Shown piece after piece: positions 48,193 to 59,211 of a stretch of 64,000 nt of DNA. The notes under the pieces are model-generated. The model was not told the DNA's origin. It saw nothing but the letters and a program-made list of their open reading frames with translations, and made no database searches. Location of the stretch: assembly GCA_913009895.1 (NCBI GenBank), contig CAJVXY010000008.1:9904-73903 (forward strand). Direction: 5' to 3'. This DNA is from an uncultured Acidiferrobacteraceae bacterium (GTDB taxonomy: Bacteria > Pseudomonadota > Gammaproteobacteria > Acidiferrobacterales > SZUA-150). The stretch's first letter is position 1. Every line of letters begins with the position of its first letter. The position numbers and the translations under genes are program-made.

Positions 48193-48792
48193 ATGACTAC
48201 AGGAAAAATATGTCTCGCTTCGGCTTCACCACGACGGCAGGAATTATTGCAACAAATAGGCATTAATTTTGTTGTCGAGAAAAGCGATATTGATGAGACG
48301 ATAGTTTCTGGTGAAATTCCGAGACAGTATGTAACACGTATGGCAACCGCGAAGGCAAAAACAGTTTACGATAACAGAAAAAATAAAAATAAAACTGTTT
48401 TACCAGTATTAGGTGCCGATACTGCTGTTATTATTGGCAACGCTATACTGGGAAAACCAAAAAATAAAGCCGATGGCCATCATATGTTATCCCGGTTATC
48501 AGGTCGATCCCATGAAGTTATGACGGCAATTGCATTAGTGACAGAAAAAAATAAAATTTTTCAGGCTATCAGTACCAGCAGGGTAACTTTTAAATCTTTA
48601 GATGAAGAAGAGATTTCATTGTACCTGGACACTGGAGAGGCGAATGACAAGGCTGGTGGTTATGGTATCCAGGGAATGGCGGCAACATTTATTTCTAAAC
48701 TTGAAGGAAGTTACTCCGCAGTTGTTGGCCTGCCATTATCTGAGCTGTCAGAATTACTTAAACTATCAATGGCGATCAATAGTGAGAAATAG
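48193..48792 (+). CDS. maf: Maf-family nucleoside triphosphate pyrophosphatase
   Basis: From the ATG at 48193 it reads MTTGKICLASASPRRQELLQQIGI. GADTAV and KAGGYGIQG are also present. Confidence 0.9.
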   Translation: MTTGKICLASASPRRQELLQQIGINFVVEKSDIDETIVSGEIPRQYVTRMATAKAKTVYDNRKNKNKTVLPVLGADTAVIIGNAILGKPKNKADGHHMLSRLSGRSHEVMTAIALVTEKNKIFQAISTSRVTFKSLDEEEISLYLDTGEANDKAGGYGIQGMAATFISKLEGSYSAVVGLPLSELSELLKLSMAINSEK

Positions 48793-50256
48793 ATGAGCGG
48801 TGAGTTACTTATAAATGTTACACCCAGTGAGACGAGAGTTGCGCTTGTTGAAAATGGCGTGCTGCAGGAAGTTTTTATTGAACGTGCAGATAAACGTGGA
48901 ATTGTTGGCAATGTCTATAAAGGGAAGATTGTTCGTATCTTACCAGGCATGCAAGCTGCATTTGTTGATATTGGGCTAGAGCGCGCAGCTTTTTTACATG
49001 CAGCAGACATCATCCAGTCTCAGGATAACGAGACAAATATTCGCCCAATAAATACTTTGTTGCACGACAGCCAGACAGTGATTGTTCAGGTTGTCAAAGA
49101 TCCTTTAGGCAGCAAAGGGGCGCGCCTGACTATGAACCTGACTTTACCTGCCAGGTATCTTGTTTACCTGCCCAATAGTCAACATATCGGTATATCACAA
49201 AAGATAGAAAACGAAGACACGCGAAATCGTTTGCGGGATATTGTTGCGGCGGCAGTTTCGGATAACACTGATTCCAGTGAAGATGGATTTATTATCAGGA
49301 CCGCATCGGAAACATCAACCGAGAAAGATTTACTCAATGATATACGCTATTTAAAAAGGGCATGGTTGTCAGTACAGGAAAAAATTGACATTGTTGAGGC
49401 GCCAGGCATCATTCACGAGGATCTCAACTTAACGATTCGATCTATTCGGGATATCGCAAGTGAAACAATAGAAAAAATTCGTATCGACTCTAATGAGACG
49501 TACCTGAAGGCCAGGACATTTTCCGAAGAGTTCATGCCAGAGATTGTCGAAAATATAGAATACTATCCTGGCGAGCGGCCAATTTTCGATTTGTATTCGG
49601 TCGAAGATGAGATTCAGAAAGCACTCGAGCAGAAAGTAATGCTTAAATCTGGCGGCCACATGGTCATCGACCAAACAGAGGCAATGACAACAATAGATGT
49701 AAATACCGGCGCTTATGTTGGCAGAAGGAATCTGGAAGAAACAATATTTAAAACCAACCTTGAAGCAACACAATCTATTGCCCGCCAGTTAAGGCTGCGG
49801 AATCTTGGCGGTATTATCATTATTGATTTTATTGATATGGCAGAAGCAGACCACCAACGACAGGTCTTGCGTGCATTTGAAAAGGCGCTGGCAAAGGACA
49901 GGACTAAAAACCACATCACGGAAATCTCATCATTGGGGCTGGTTGAATTGACGCGTAAGCGAACCCAGGAAAGTCTTGAGAGAGTATTGTGCGAGCCTTG
50001 TCCAGCCTGTACCGGCAGGGGGGTACTTAAGACGGCTCAAACCGTTTGTTATGAAATATTCAGAGAAATTCTCAGAGAGGCAAGACAATTTGATGCCGAA
50101 AAGATCATGGTTCTGGCGTCCCAGGTTGTCATTGATTTGTTGCTTGATGAGGAGGCGCAAAGCCTGGCCGATCTCCAGGAATTTATTGCCAAGCCCGTAC
50201 AGCTTCAGGTTGAGAACTTGTATCATCAGGAACGATTTGATGTGGTGCTCATGTAG
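48793..50256 (+). CDS. rng: Ribonuclease G
   Basis: An S1 domain (GNVYKGKIVRILPGMQAAFVDIG) and a RNase E/G catalytic core (IDQTEAMTTIDVNTG, GGIIIIDFIDM) are present. Confidence 0.95.
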   Translation: MSGELLINVTPSETRVALVENGVLQEVFIERADKRGIVGNVYKGKIVRILPGMQAAFVDIGLERAAFLHAADIIQSQDNETNIRPINTLLHDSQTVIVQVVKDPLGSKGARLTMNLTLPARYLVYLPNSQHIGISQKIENEDTRNRLRDIVAAAVSDNTDSSEDGFIIRTASETSTEKDLLNDIRYLKRAWLSVQEKIDIVEAPGIIHEDLNLTIRSIRDIASETIEKIRIDSNETYLKARTFSEEFMPEIVENIEYYPGERPIFDLYSVEDEIQKALEQKVMLKSGGHMVIDQTEAMTTIDVNTGAYVGRRNLEETIFKTNLEATQSIARQLRLRNLGGIIIIDFIDMAEADHQRQVLRAFEKALAKDRTKNHITEISSLGLVELTRKRTQESLERVLCEPCPACTGRGVLKTAQTVCYEIFREILREARQFDAEKIMVLASQVVIDLLLDEEAQSLADLQEFIAKPVQLQVENLYHQERFDVVLM

Positions 50257-50335
50257 CAGGATCAGAGTAGAATATCAGCCTGATACCACCCTGATACACC
50301 GTTAATAAAACTGTGCGAAACAAAGACCAATATCA

Positions 50336-53300
50336 ATGAAAAAAACCATTCACCGTTACGCATTTCATATCGGTAAGTGGACGTTTGCCTGTGGCCGCTG
50401 GATTATTTATGCAGGCATGGCGCTTTCTGTTGTTTTTGCCGTATTGCTTGTACTGGTTAAAATCTGGTTGCCTGATATTGCCGAAAAAAAATCAGAAATA
50501 GAAAATTTTGTAACAAAACAAACTGGTCTTGAAGTCACAGCAACCAAAATCAGCCCCTACTGGGATGGTATTTATCCTGGGTTAATAATCAGTGACGTCC
50601 TGTTTGTTAATCCTGAAAATAGAAAAAAACAACTAAAGTTCTCAAAAATCAGGGCAAGCCTGGCAATCTTGCCCTTTCTTCGAGGGAGCGTTGAGTTCAG
50701 TGAAGTAGTACTTCACAAGAAAAATATTGTCATCGAAAAAAAGAAATCGGGCAACATTTTAGTTAATAACTGGCGCTTGCCAGATGGAACTGATGAGTCG
50801 GAGGGGGGATTACTAAAATGGCTTGGTCGTTTGCACCATGTAGAGATTATGATTAATGAATTTGTCTGGAATGACCGAACAACAGGAAATAATTCATTTT
50901 TAATAGAAAACCTGGAATTACATCTGGATAACAATGGTAGCCAGCACAAACTGAAGGTCGAGGGAGATTTTCCAGCAGAATTGTGTCGGTCATGTACTGT
51001 TACAGTCGATTTTACCAATAAAGCCCTGACCCTGGCTGAACTAACCGGAAATCTGCAGATTGATGCCATCGATCTTGATATCGGTAATTTTCCGGAATCG
51101 GTTAAAAAATACTTACCACACGAACTGGATGGGTTATTTCAAACCCAGATTGAATCAACATTTAAAAAGGGCACGCTGGTATCGCTAAAAGGACATGTTA
51201 TTGCTGACAATTTAGTCTTGCCACTACCCAGTACCAAGATTGTAAACATTGACACCATGAGCGGGCATATTGACTGGCATGCTAACAAGGATGACTGGCG
51301 TTTGTTGGTCACAGATCTGAATCTTGGATTAACTGCCGAAGAGTGGCGTGCAGGTAAATTACGTATTGAAAAAACTGGCAACAAGCGTCTTGTATACCTG
51401 GAAAGGGCCAAACTGAGTGACTTATCTGAGTATATTGGTCGCATCAACACCGATATTAAGGAAGTGGAGTTACTAAAAAAATTACAGCTTAGTGGCGAGG
51501 TTCGTAATCTTCGCCTCGAGTTTGAAAATACTTTTTCCTCTCTCGCGAACACTTCAATAAAGGCGAACCTGATAGATCTGGAATTTAAACAGGTAGGGAG
51601 TTATCCATTCGCAAAAGGAATTAGTGGCAGGTTAAGCATGAAAGGCGAGAAAGGTGAGTTCGTGATTAATTCAAAAAACGCTACCATTGTTGTCCCGCAG
51701 GTTTTTCGTGCACCGATTGAAACAAAATTCTTAACAGGAACAGCCAGCTGGTACAAGAGAAAAGATGCGTGGGAATTAAATATGACAGATCTTGGCATTA
51801 TTGCCGAGGATGTAAAGGCGGAATCAAACTTTCAGGTGTTTTTGCCTGATGATAAAAGTCGCAGGCCTACAGTCAAGGTGCGGGTTGATTTCAGGGAAGG
51901 CCGGGGTTACCGCACCCCGTTATTTTACCCAAAAAATCTTGCTTCCTCAGAGCTACTGGCGTGGCTGGATAAGGCACTACAAGCTGGTTATGTGGAAAAA
52001 GGATACGCCATTCTTGAAGGCCCATTGGATAATTTTCCATTTAAGGACGGTTCAGGAAAGTTTGAGATAATGGTCGATATATCAGATGCCACGCTGGATT
52101 ATTTACCAGGCTGGGCACCATTAGAAAACGCCAAAGCCTTGTTAAAATTTAATGGCGGAGAAATGGTGATTACAATAGAAAGTGGCAATATTGGCGGGCT
52201 GGAAGTAAGAAACGCAACCGCGTACATAAGTGATCTCACAACTGAAGCGGGCAGAACTATACAAATAAGTGGCGAAGCGGGCGGACCTATCGAAACCGCA
52301 ATAAACATTTTACGAAAAACGCCCCAAGGCAGTGTTAACGGTCCATGGGCGCAATGGCTAAATCCCGAGGTACATATTCGAGGTTATGGAGAACTGGATA
52401 TACAAATCGCCTTCAGAGCCGGCGTAGATGTGAATCCAGTAATCAATGGTGTTTATACTATTGACAATGGTACGGTAAGGTTGCCCTGGCGTGAAATTAA
52501 AGTGTCACGCATCCAGGGTAGCGCAGGTTTTGATGAGTACGGGCCAAAGTCTGGCCAGATTTCAGGAAAATTATTTGGTGGCCCTGTGGTGTTGGATATA
52601 TCACGACCAGAAACAACCGGCCAGAAGACTTCAAATAAAATACCGGGGGGAAAAGCACCGCTCGTCCAGATAAATGCCAGCGGCAGGTTCATGACCAGAG
52701 AACTGACGGATACATTTGCAGGCTGGTTGCGGCCATATTTTTCAGGATACAGTGACTGGCAGGCAACCCTTGCCTGGGATAATAAGATTAATTTTAAAAT
52801 GAATTCTGATTTGATGCATGCATCTGTAAATTTACCGGCACCATTCAGGAAGCCAAAGCATGTAAAAAGCAATTTAACGTTTAATACCATCAGTACAAGT
52901 GAAAATAATTTGTTACTTGCTTATAATTTATATGGTGCCAGCAATGGCAAGCTGCGTTTTGGGAAAAATAATGGAAAGTGGGATTTTTACGGGGCAAATA
53001 TCGGATTATTTGAGGCTATCACTGAGTCACCCACTACAGCTGGTGTTAAACTGCGTGTTGCAAAAAAAGATTTTGATGCAGACGCATGGTCAAAAGTCCT
53101 GCAAAATTTTCTCAAGGCGGGTGACGACAGGCCTCCCTATATTAAGTCTATAAATGCCAGTTTCGGAAATGTTGATTTATTTAACAGGCATTTAGGGGGA
53201 ATGGATATCGACCTGAAAAGAAGTGACAAAGCATTAGTCGGTACGGTTATTGGAAAGTCTATAGAAGGAAAAATTAAATTTAATACCGATAACGATTCGC

Positions 53301-54226
53301 CAGGACTGAATTTTGACCTGGCACGACTTTACATACCAAAAGACAGCTTTAGGGAGAGCGAAGATCGTTTGAATCCCCGCAGTTTTCCATCAATGGAGAT
53401 TCGAGCTGGACAATTCAAATATGGAGATGCTGTTTTTGGAGAAACAATTTTAAAAGGTAGCAGGGAATCACTGGGCTTTCGTGTCACAAGGTTTGCTGTT
53501 AATGGTAGTCATTATAATATGATCGGCAGAGGTCGGTGGTATCGTGTAGGCGACAGGGATGATGCCCGGGTTAATTTAAAGTTTACAAGTAACAACGTGG
53601 GCAAGGCGCTAGTCTCAATGGGCTCATCTGACCAGATAGCAGATGGCAACGGCTTTGTTGAAGCAAACTTGAGATGGTCCAAAACAATGGGTTTAGAAAC
53701 CGGGAATATGAATGGTAATGGGCAAATAAATTTTAAGAAGGGCCGATTTCTGCAAGTAGAGCAGGGCGCCAGTAAAATGTTTGGGCTGCTGGATATGAGC
53801 TCAATAATACGCTATTTAAGACTGGATTTAAGTTCAATTTTTGGCAAGGGATTCTCTTTTAATACCGTAAAGGCAAAATTTAGCATAAAGAATGGCGATG
53901 TATATACTACTGGCCTCAAGATTGAGGGACCATCGGCAAAAATGCTTTTGACAGGTCGTATTGGTTTAGATATGGAGGATTTTGATATGGTTGTGGGCGT
54001 CAATCCAAGTTTAACTGATACCGTCGCATTAACGGTGGGTGGGCTTGTTGCGCCAGCGGCCGGAATTGCAATGTTGTTAGTAAAAAATCTTTTCAATACA
54101 GAACTGGTTCCTTCGCCATCACTTAATTATTCAATCAAGGGCGCATGGGCAAATCCAGAAGTGGAAAGAATATCTGGTGATGAAGGTGATACCCAGGAGC
54201 AGTTCGATGACGATTCAACAAGTTAA
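50336..54226 (+). CDS. yhdP: YhdP-family (TIGR02099, AsmA-like) large envelope protein
   Basis: The 1296-aa product has an N-terminal TM anchor. The position after rng is conserved, and the C-terminal AsmA-like region ends ...YSIKGAWANP. Confidence 0.85.
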   Translation: MKKTIHRYAFHIGKWTFACGRWIIYAGMALSVVFAVLLVLVKIWLPDIAEKKSEIENFVTKQTGLEVTATKISPYWDGIYPGLIISDVLFVNPENRKKQLKFSKIRASLAILPFLRGSVEFSEVVLHKKNIVIEKKKSGNILVNNWRLPDGTDESEGGLLKWLGRLHHVEIMINEFVWNDRTTGNNSFLIENLELHLDNNGSQHKLKVEGDFPAELCRSCTVTVDFTNKALTLAELTGNLQIDAIDLDIGNFPESVKKYLPHELDGLFQTQIESTFKKGTLVSLKGHVIADNLVLPLPSTKIVNIDTMSGHIDWHANKDDWRLLVTDLNLGLTAEEWRAGKLRIEKTGNKRLVYLERAKLSDLSEYIGRINTDIKEVELLKKLQLSGEVRNLRLEFENTFSSLANTSIKANLIDLEFKQVGSYPFAKGISGRLSMKGEKGEFVINSKNATIVVPQVFRAPIETKFLTGTASWYKRKDAWELNMTDLGIIAEDVKAESNFQVFLPDDKSRRPTVKVRVDFREGRGYRTPLFYPKNLASSELLAWLDKALQAGYVEKGYAILEGPLDNFPFKDGSGKFEIMVDISDATLDYLPGWAPLENAKALLKFNGGEMVITIESGNIGGLEVRNATAYISDLTTEAGRTIQISGEAGGPIETAINILRKTPQGSVNGPWAQWLNPEVHIRGYGELDIQIAFRAGVDVNPVINGVYTIDNGTVRLPWREIKVSRIQGSAGFDEYGPKSGQISGKLFGGPVVLDISRPETTGQKTSNKIPGGKAPLVQINASGRFMTRELTDTFAGWLRPYFSGYSDWQATLAWDNKINFKMNSDLMHASVNLPAPFRKPKHVKSNLTFNTISTSENNLLLAYNLYGASNGKLRFGKNNGKWDFYGANIGLFEAITESPTTAGVKLRVAKKDFDADAWSKVLQNFLKAGDDRPPYIKSINASFGNVDLFNRHLGGMDIDLKRSDKALVGTVIGKSIEGKIKFNTDNDSPGLNFDLARLYIPKDSFRESEDRLNPRSFPSMEIRAGQFKYGDAVFGETILKGSRESLGFRVTRFAVNGSHYNMIGRGRWYRVGDRDDARVNLKFTSNNVGKALVSMGSSDQIADGNGFVEANLRWSKTMGLETGNMNGNGQINFKKGRFLQVEQGASKMFGLLDMSSIIRYLRLDLSSIFGKGFSFNTVKAKFSIKNGDVYTTGLKIEGPSAKMLLTGRIGLDMEDFDMVVGVNPSLTDTVALTVGGLVAPAAGIAMLLVKNLFNTELVPSPSLNYSIKGAWANPEVERISGDEGDTQEQFDDDSTS

Positions 54227-54255
54227 TTTAAATCTGTACCGGAGGAAATATTCTG

Positions 54256-55062
54256 GTGGCTAAGGTAGCGGGGATTCAGATGGCATCCGGGCCAAACGTG
54301 GCGGCAAACCTGACAGAGGCAGCCAGGTTAATTGCCAAGTCTGTTGAGGCAGGAGCTGCATTAGTAGTGCTGCCTGAAAATTTTGCAATAATGCCGCTAA
54401 AAGATGAAGACAGGCTTGCTATTGCTGAAAATGAAGGCAAAGGTGCGATTCAGTCATTTTTATCATCCCAGGCCAGAGAGCATGGTATCTGGCTTGTTGG
54501 CGGCACCATTCCTTTTATTTCCACCCAGCCAAATCGTGTGCGAGCTGTCAGCCTTGTGTTCGATGATAAAGGAAAGCAAGTTGGCCGGTACGACAAAATC
54601 CATTTATTCGATGTAGCGTTGGAAAATGGCGAGAAATATTGTGAGTCAAACTATTTTGAGCCTGGGGATGAAGTTACCGTTATTGATACGCCGCTCGGCA
54701 AACTTGGCATGGCAGTATGTTATGACCTGCGTTTCCCCGAATTATTCAGGAAGTTACTTGATTTAGATGCAGAATTCGTTGTCGTGCCTTCCGCATTTAC
54801 CGAAATGACCGGCCTGGCACATTGGGAGGTGCTGGTTCGCGCAAGAGCGATAGAAAATCAAACCTATGTGATCGCACCCGGCCAGGGCGGCTACCATATT
54901 AATGGCCGCGAAACTCATGGAGATAGCATGATTGTTAACCCGTGGGGAATAGTGCTCGACCGCCTGGAAAGAGGATCGGGATTTGTTATTGCTGATCTGG
55001 ACAAAAAAAGGCTGGCCACAATTCGAAGTAGTTTACCCAGTATTCAGCATCGAAGACTGTAA
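54256..55062 (+). CDS. Carbon-nitrogen hydrolase (nitrilase-superfamily) protein
   Basis: LVVLPENF, YDKIHLFD and the catalytic-Cys region MAVCYDLRFPELF are present. The start is GTG. Confidence 0.85.
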   Translation: MAKVAGIQMASGPNVAANLTEAARLIAKSVEAGAALVVLPENFAIMPLKDEDRLAIAENEGKGAIQSFLSSQAREHGIWLVGGTIPFISTQPNRVRAVSLVFDDKGKQVGRYDKIHLFDVALENGEKYCESNYFEPGDEVTVIDTPLGKLGMAVCYDLRFPELFRKLLDLDAEFVVVPSAFTEMTGLAHWEVLVRARAIENQTYVIAPGQGGYHINGRETHGDSMIVNPWGIVLDRLERGSGFVIADLDKKRLATIRSSLPSIQHRRL

Positions 55063-55208
55063 ATTTATAGATGACATTAATAAAGTCTGTTATTCGTTAA
55101 TTAAAGCAGCTTTTCTCCATCTGACAGGCAATAATTTATTGTCGGCTTGTCTTCGGGATACTACACTCCAGTTATAAGAATTCATTTATAATTGACTGTA
55201 CTGTTGTT

Positions 55209-56564
55209 ATGCCAAATTCCCAAAAAACAAAATCTGCGGAACACCGTAAGGCGTTATTCGCTACTTTCGAGGATGGTTCTGACGCAGACATCAGGGCGTC
55301 CCTGGCCGGGTTACACCCGGCAGATATCGCCGATGTACTAGAGGCCATTCCACCGGATTTACGGCGGCAAATATGGCAGCAGGTAGATCACACCATCATG
55401 GGCGAGATCCTGCTGGAAATACCGCAGGCTGTCAGAAATGATCTTATCCGGGAGCTTGATGATGAAGCAATCATCGTGGCTACCCAGGCCCTGGATACTG
55501 ATGAGATTGCCGATTTAATTCCGCACCTGTCTGACGACGTTATCTCCAGAATATTATTTGCCATGGATTCAAGAGCTCGCGAGAGCCTGGATCGTGTCCT
55601 GTCATATCCCGAAGATACCGCAGGCGGGTTAATGAATGTTGATGCCGTGACCATCAGGGACGATATTAGTCTTGAGGTAGTCCTGCGATACTTACGGAGA
55701 CAAGGCGAGCTGCCCGAATACACCAATAAATTATTTGTTGTTGATCGTGCGGAACGCCTGGTAGGAAGTTTATTGGTCAGTCGTTTGCTGACCACTGACC
55801 CCGATAAAAAAGTGATTGAGGTAATGGAGCCCGAAGTTATAAAATTTTCAGCCCTGGATTCTGATAAGGATGTTGCGGCCGCCTTTGAGAAATACAATCT
55901 TATTACTGCACCGGTTTTAAATGATGATGCCCAGGTTATTGGCAGAATTACGGTTGATGATGTGGTAGACGTAATTCGAGATGAAGCGGACCATTCCATC
56001 ATGGCGCCTGCTGGTTTGAAAGAAGATGAAGATATATTTGCGCCAGTAGCAAGAAGTACGCGCAATCGGTCAGTTTGGCTGGGTGTAAATTTAATTACTG
56101 CTGTGCTTGCCTCGTGGGTGATTGGTTTGTTTGAGCAAACAATTCAACAGATTGTTGCACTGGCCGTGCTGATGCCAATTGTTGCCAGTATGGGCGGCAA
56201 TGCCGGTACCCAGACGGTGACATTGGTAATACGCGGTATTGCCCTGGGCACTATTGATGAGAGTAATGCCAGGAGAGTGCTTCGATCTGAGGTCTTAATC
56301 GGTATCATGAATAGTGTAATCTGGGCTGTTGTTATCGGTATCGTTGCCCTGCTCTGGTTTGGCAATGCCATGTTAGGCCTGGTAATTGGTATGGCCATGA
56401 CAATTAATCTTGTCATTGCAGCGTTCTCAGGGGTTATCATTCCTTTGTTGGTAAAGCGTTTGGGTATTGACCCGGCCCTGGCCAGTGGTGTTGCCCTGAC
56501 GACAGTAACAGATGTCATCGGGTTTTTTGTTTTTTTAGGCCTGGCGACGCTTTTGCTTCTATAG
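55209..56564 (+). CDS. mgtE: Magnesium transporter MgtE
   Basis: An MgtE N-domain, a CBS pair and a C-terminal TM domain (PIVASMGGNAGTQ, TTVTDVIGFFVFLGLA) are present. Confidence 0.95.
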   Translation: MPNSQKTKSAEHRKALFATFEDGSDADIRASLAGLHPADIADVLEAIPPDLRRQIWQQVDHTIMGEILLEIPQAVRNDLIRELDDEAIIVATQALDTDEIADLIPHLSDDVISRILFAMDSRARESLDRVLSYPEDTAGGLMNVDAVTIRDDISLEVVLRYLRRQGELPEYTNKLFVVDRAERLVGSLLVSRLLTTDPDKKVIEVMEPEVIKFSALDSDKDVAAAFEKYNLITAPVLNDDAQVIGRITVDDVVDVIRDEADHSIMAPAGLKEDEDIFAPVARSTRNRSVWLGVNLITAVLASWVIGLFEQTIQQIVALAVLMPIVASMGGNAGTQTVTLVIRGIALGTIDESNARRVLRSEVLIGIMNSVIWAVVIGIVALLWFGNAMLGLVIGMAMTINLVIAAFSGVIIPLLVKRLGIDPALASGVALTTVTDVIGFFVFLGLATLLLL

Positions 56565-56697
56565 AAATTTAAACTACCGTATGGGGGCTAAAATCGACCA
56601 CTTGTCAGTGATAAATGCAGGGAAGTCCCTGATTGTGCCATATTTAAAGTGGTATCTTACCAAACATAAGCAGTTAGCTTACTCTTGATTATTTGAA

Positions 56698-57105
56698 ATG
56701 GTGCAAAACATACTTAAGCTCGTTGTAAAGGCCACCAAGAATGGCCAGTGTATTGCCATACGGTATCGTGGGCAAAAGGAAATTCGTGTGCTGGAGCCCC
56801 ATGCGGTGTATACAAATGATCGGGGCGAGGTAACGGTTGACGGATTTCAGACACGTGGTTATTCAGCTTCAGGCAGACCGCCTCCGTTCTGGCGTCCATT
56901 TCGTGTAAGAAAAATTACTGCAATTTCTGTGCTCAATGAAAAATTTCTTCCCCGTGAGTCTGAAGGATTTTCCAGCAATAAGTTGCGTTACAGGAATGGT
57001 CTTATGGCAATTGTAGATATTGCCAGGCCATCGCACATGTATTCACCTGAAGCTTTACAGAATATGGGCCCGTTTCTACCAAAAAACAAAATTACTGGCT
57101 TCTAG
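56698..57105 (+). CDS. Small hypothetical protein, possibly WYL-domain-like
   Basis: CIAIRYRGQKEIRVLEPHAVYTNDRGEVTVDGFQ...FWRPFRVRKITAISVL resembles a WYL/SH3-like ligand-sensing module. This is not secure. Confidence 0.3.
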   Translation: MVQNILKLVVKATKNGQCIAIRYRGQKEIRVLEPHAVYTNDRGEVTVDGFQTRGYSASGRPPPFWRPFRVRKITAISVLNEKFLPRESEGFSSNKLRYRNGLMAIVDIARPSHMYSPEALQNMGPFLPKNKITGF

Positions 57106-57181
57106 ACTCAGGCTATAAGCAGTTAAGGAAGTCGTTAAAGATAGACTCCAAATTGTTCCGTTTGTCTTTATCCGGCGGATT

Positions 57182-58933
57182 TCATTTTTGAGTGTTTCGC
57201 CTGTTTTGTTTTTCGTTTTCTGAATCTACTGCGGCGTGTAGTTCGCCAATATCCTTGATGGCTAGAATCTTTTTTGCAAATCTTTTTAGCGATGCAATAT
57301 TGCTTGTTTTAACTATCTTCTTTATACCAAGAAGTGATGCAGGATGCATACTGAATTCCGTTAGCCCCAGGCCTAACAACAGCCTGGAAAATCGTAAATC
57401 TCCGGCCATTTCTCCGCACATTGCAACAGGGATTTTAGCAACTCTACCAGCCTCTATAACATTGCGTATCAGACGAAGTACTGCTGGATGTAACGGGTCG
57501 TATAAATAATTTACTGCATCATCGACCCTGTCAATGGCTAACGTGTATTGAATGAGGTCGTTTGTTCCAATAGACATGAAATCAAGATGGGGCGTAAACA
57601 AATCGGCTGCAATAGCCGCAGAAGGAATTTCAATCATACCGCCGACGGGTAATTTTTTATCATACTTAATGCCGCGTATTTTCAACTCTGCCTTGGTTTC
57701 TTCTACAAACTCAAGGGCCAGTAGTAATTCATCAACACCGGAAAGCATTGGCAGCATTAGTCTTACCTTGCCAAACGCTGAAGCACGTAATATTGCCCGG
57801 AGTTGGGGCCTGAATATTTCAGGTGATTTTAGACATAATCTTAATGCCCTTAATCCAAGTGCCGGGTTGATTGCCACGTCTCCACTATGTTTACCACCAT
57901 CAACCTGCTTGTCTGCCCCTAAATCGAGTGTCCTGATCGTTACTGGACGATTTGGTATGGCTTTTACTACTTTTACGTAATTTTTAAATTGTTCTTCTTC
58001 GTCAGGCGCACTCAAACGATTCATAAATAAAAATTCTGTTCTATATAAACCTATGCCCGCGGCATTTGTTTTGATGGTGGCCTTGACATCAGCTGGTAAT
58101 TCAATATTTGTATGGAGCAGGATTTTTTTTCCGTCTTTTGTAACAGATCTCGCTTTTTGTAATTTATCCAGTTCAATTTTTAGCTGGGTAATGTGCCTGT
58201 TTCGTTTCCGATACTCAGTAAGTATATTTTTATCAGGTGAAAGAATGACTACGCCACGCTTGCCGTCAATTATGATATCTTCATCTTTTTTTATGAAGCG
58301 TGTTGCATTATGAACAGCTACAATTGCTGGAATCTGAAGACTTCTCGCAAGTATGGCTGTATGCGAAATTGGCCCCCCCAGGTCAGTAACGAACGCACGA
58401 ATTTTTTTATGTTTGAGTAGTACAGTATCGGCCGGGGTAAGATCGTTCGCTATAATAATTTGGCCTTTCTTTAAAGATTGATGGTCGGTCTCATCTTGTC
58501 CCAAAAGATTACGAATAACTCTATCAACCACCTGTATTACGTCTGTAGATTTAGACCGGATGTATTGGTCTTCTATCTTTCCAAACATGTCTGTCAGCAT
58601 TTTCCCCTGCTGGTGTAATGCCCATTCGGCATTACACTTTCTATTCCTGATTAATTGAATAGGTTCCTCTGAAATCATACTGTCATTAAGGATCAGTATG
58701 TGTGTATCAATAAAGCTGGACGCTTCTTTGGGTGCATTGGAGGGGATTCGTTCAAGAATGAGGCTTAATTGCCGGTGAACCTCTTTTATAGCGCGCGAGA
58801 ATCTTTCAATTTCACTATCAACAAGGTGATCGGGTAACAGGTATTCAGAAATTTCAGGCCGACTCCTGCGAAGCATATAAGCAGTGCCAATACAAATGCC
58901 GCTACTTACACCCGCTCCGTGAAGAACAAGCAT
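57182..58933 (-). CDS. ptsI: Phosphoenolpyruvate-protein phosphotransferase (PTS enzyme I, no GAF domain)
   Basis: GGPISHTAILARSLQIPA is the active-site His region. FMSIGTNDLIQYTLA and CGEMAG are present. The product is 583 aa. Confidence 0.92.
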   Translation of the reverse strand: MLVLHGAGVSSGICIGTAYMLRRSRPEISEYLLPDHLVDSEIERFSRAIKEVHRQLSLILERIPSNAPKEASSFIDTHILILNDSMISEEPIQLIRNRKCNAEWALHQQGKMLTDMFGKIEDQYIRSKSTDVIQVVDRVIRNLLGQDETDHQSLKKGQIIIANDLTPADTVLLKHKKIRAFVTDLGGPISHTAILARSLQIPAIVAVHNATRFIKKDEDIIIDGKRGVVILSPDKNILTEYRKRNRHITQLKIELDKLQKARSVTKDGKKILLHTNIELPADVKATIKTNAAGIGLYRTEFLFMNRLSAPDEEEQFKNYVKVVKAIPNRPVTIRTLDLGADKQVDGGKHSGDVAINPALGLRALRLCLKSPEIFRPQLRAILRASAFGKVRLMLPMLSGVDELLLALEFVEETKAELKIRGIKYDKKLPVGGMIEIPSAAIAADLFTPHLDFMSIGTNDLIQYTLAIDRVDDAVNYLYDPLHPAVLRLIRNVIEAGRVAKIPVAMCGEMAGDLRFSRLLLGLGLTEFSMHPASLLGIKKIVKTSNIASLKRFAKKILAIKDIGELHAAVDSENEKQNRRNTQK

Positions 58934-59211
58934 TATTCTTTTTCTCCGAAACCGGAGCTCACCAGTTCAGATAATGCATTGATTGCCTCTTCTTCGTCAT
59001 TACCTTCCGCGCAAATATTAATAAGACTGCCAGTTGATGCAGCAAGCATCATAATTCCCATAATACTTTTTCCATTTACCTGCTGTCCGTTTCGGGTAAG
59101 TGTAATATTGCTTTTATAAGTTGTAGCAAGTGTGACAAATTTTGCAGATGCACGTGCATGCATGCCAAGTTTATTGCGAATTGTGATTTCGCTGCAGTTC
59201 ACTTTGGGCAA
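58933..59211 (-). CDS. ptsH: HPr-family phosphocarrier protein
   Basis: It has the His15-type region NKLGMHARASAKF and the Ser46-type region NGKSIMGIMML. Confidence 0.9.
   Translation of the reverse strand: MPKVNCSEITIRNKLGMHARASAKFVTLATTYKSNITLTRNGQQVNGKSIMGIMMLAASTGSLINICAEGNDEEEAINALSELVSSGFGEKE

Noticed and set aside
55388-56065. A 225-aa minus-strand ORF inside mgtE. Similar long antisense or alternative-frame ORFs occur at 45771-46328 in proA, 21071-21532 in yhcC, 25371-25934 in ubiD, 12671-13132 in nhaA, 27912-28370, 3459-3863, 57552-57980 and 59823-60338
   Set aside because: All lie within genes whose other frame or strand has strong family motifs. Their translations are Ser/Arg/Leu-rich without recognisable domains. 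These are typical shadow ORFs.
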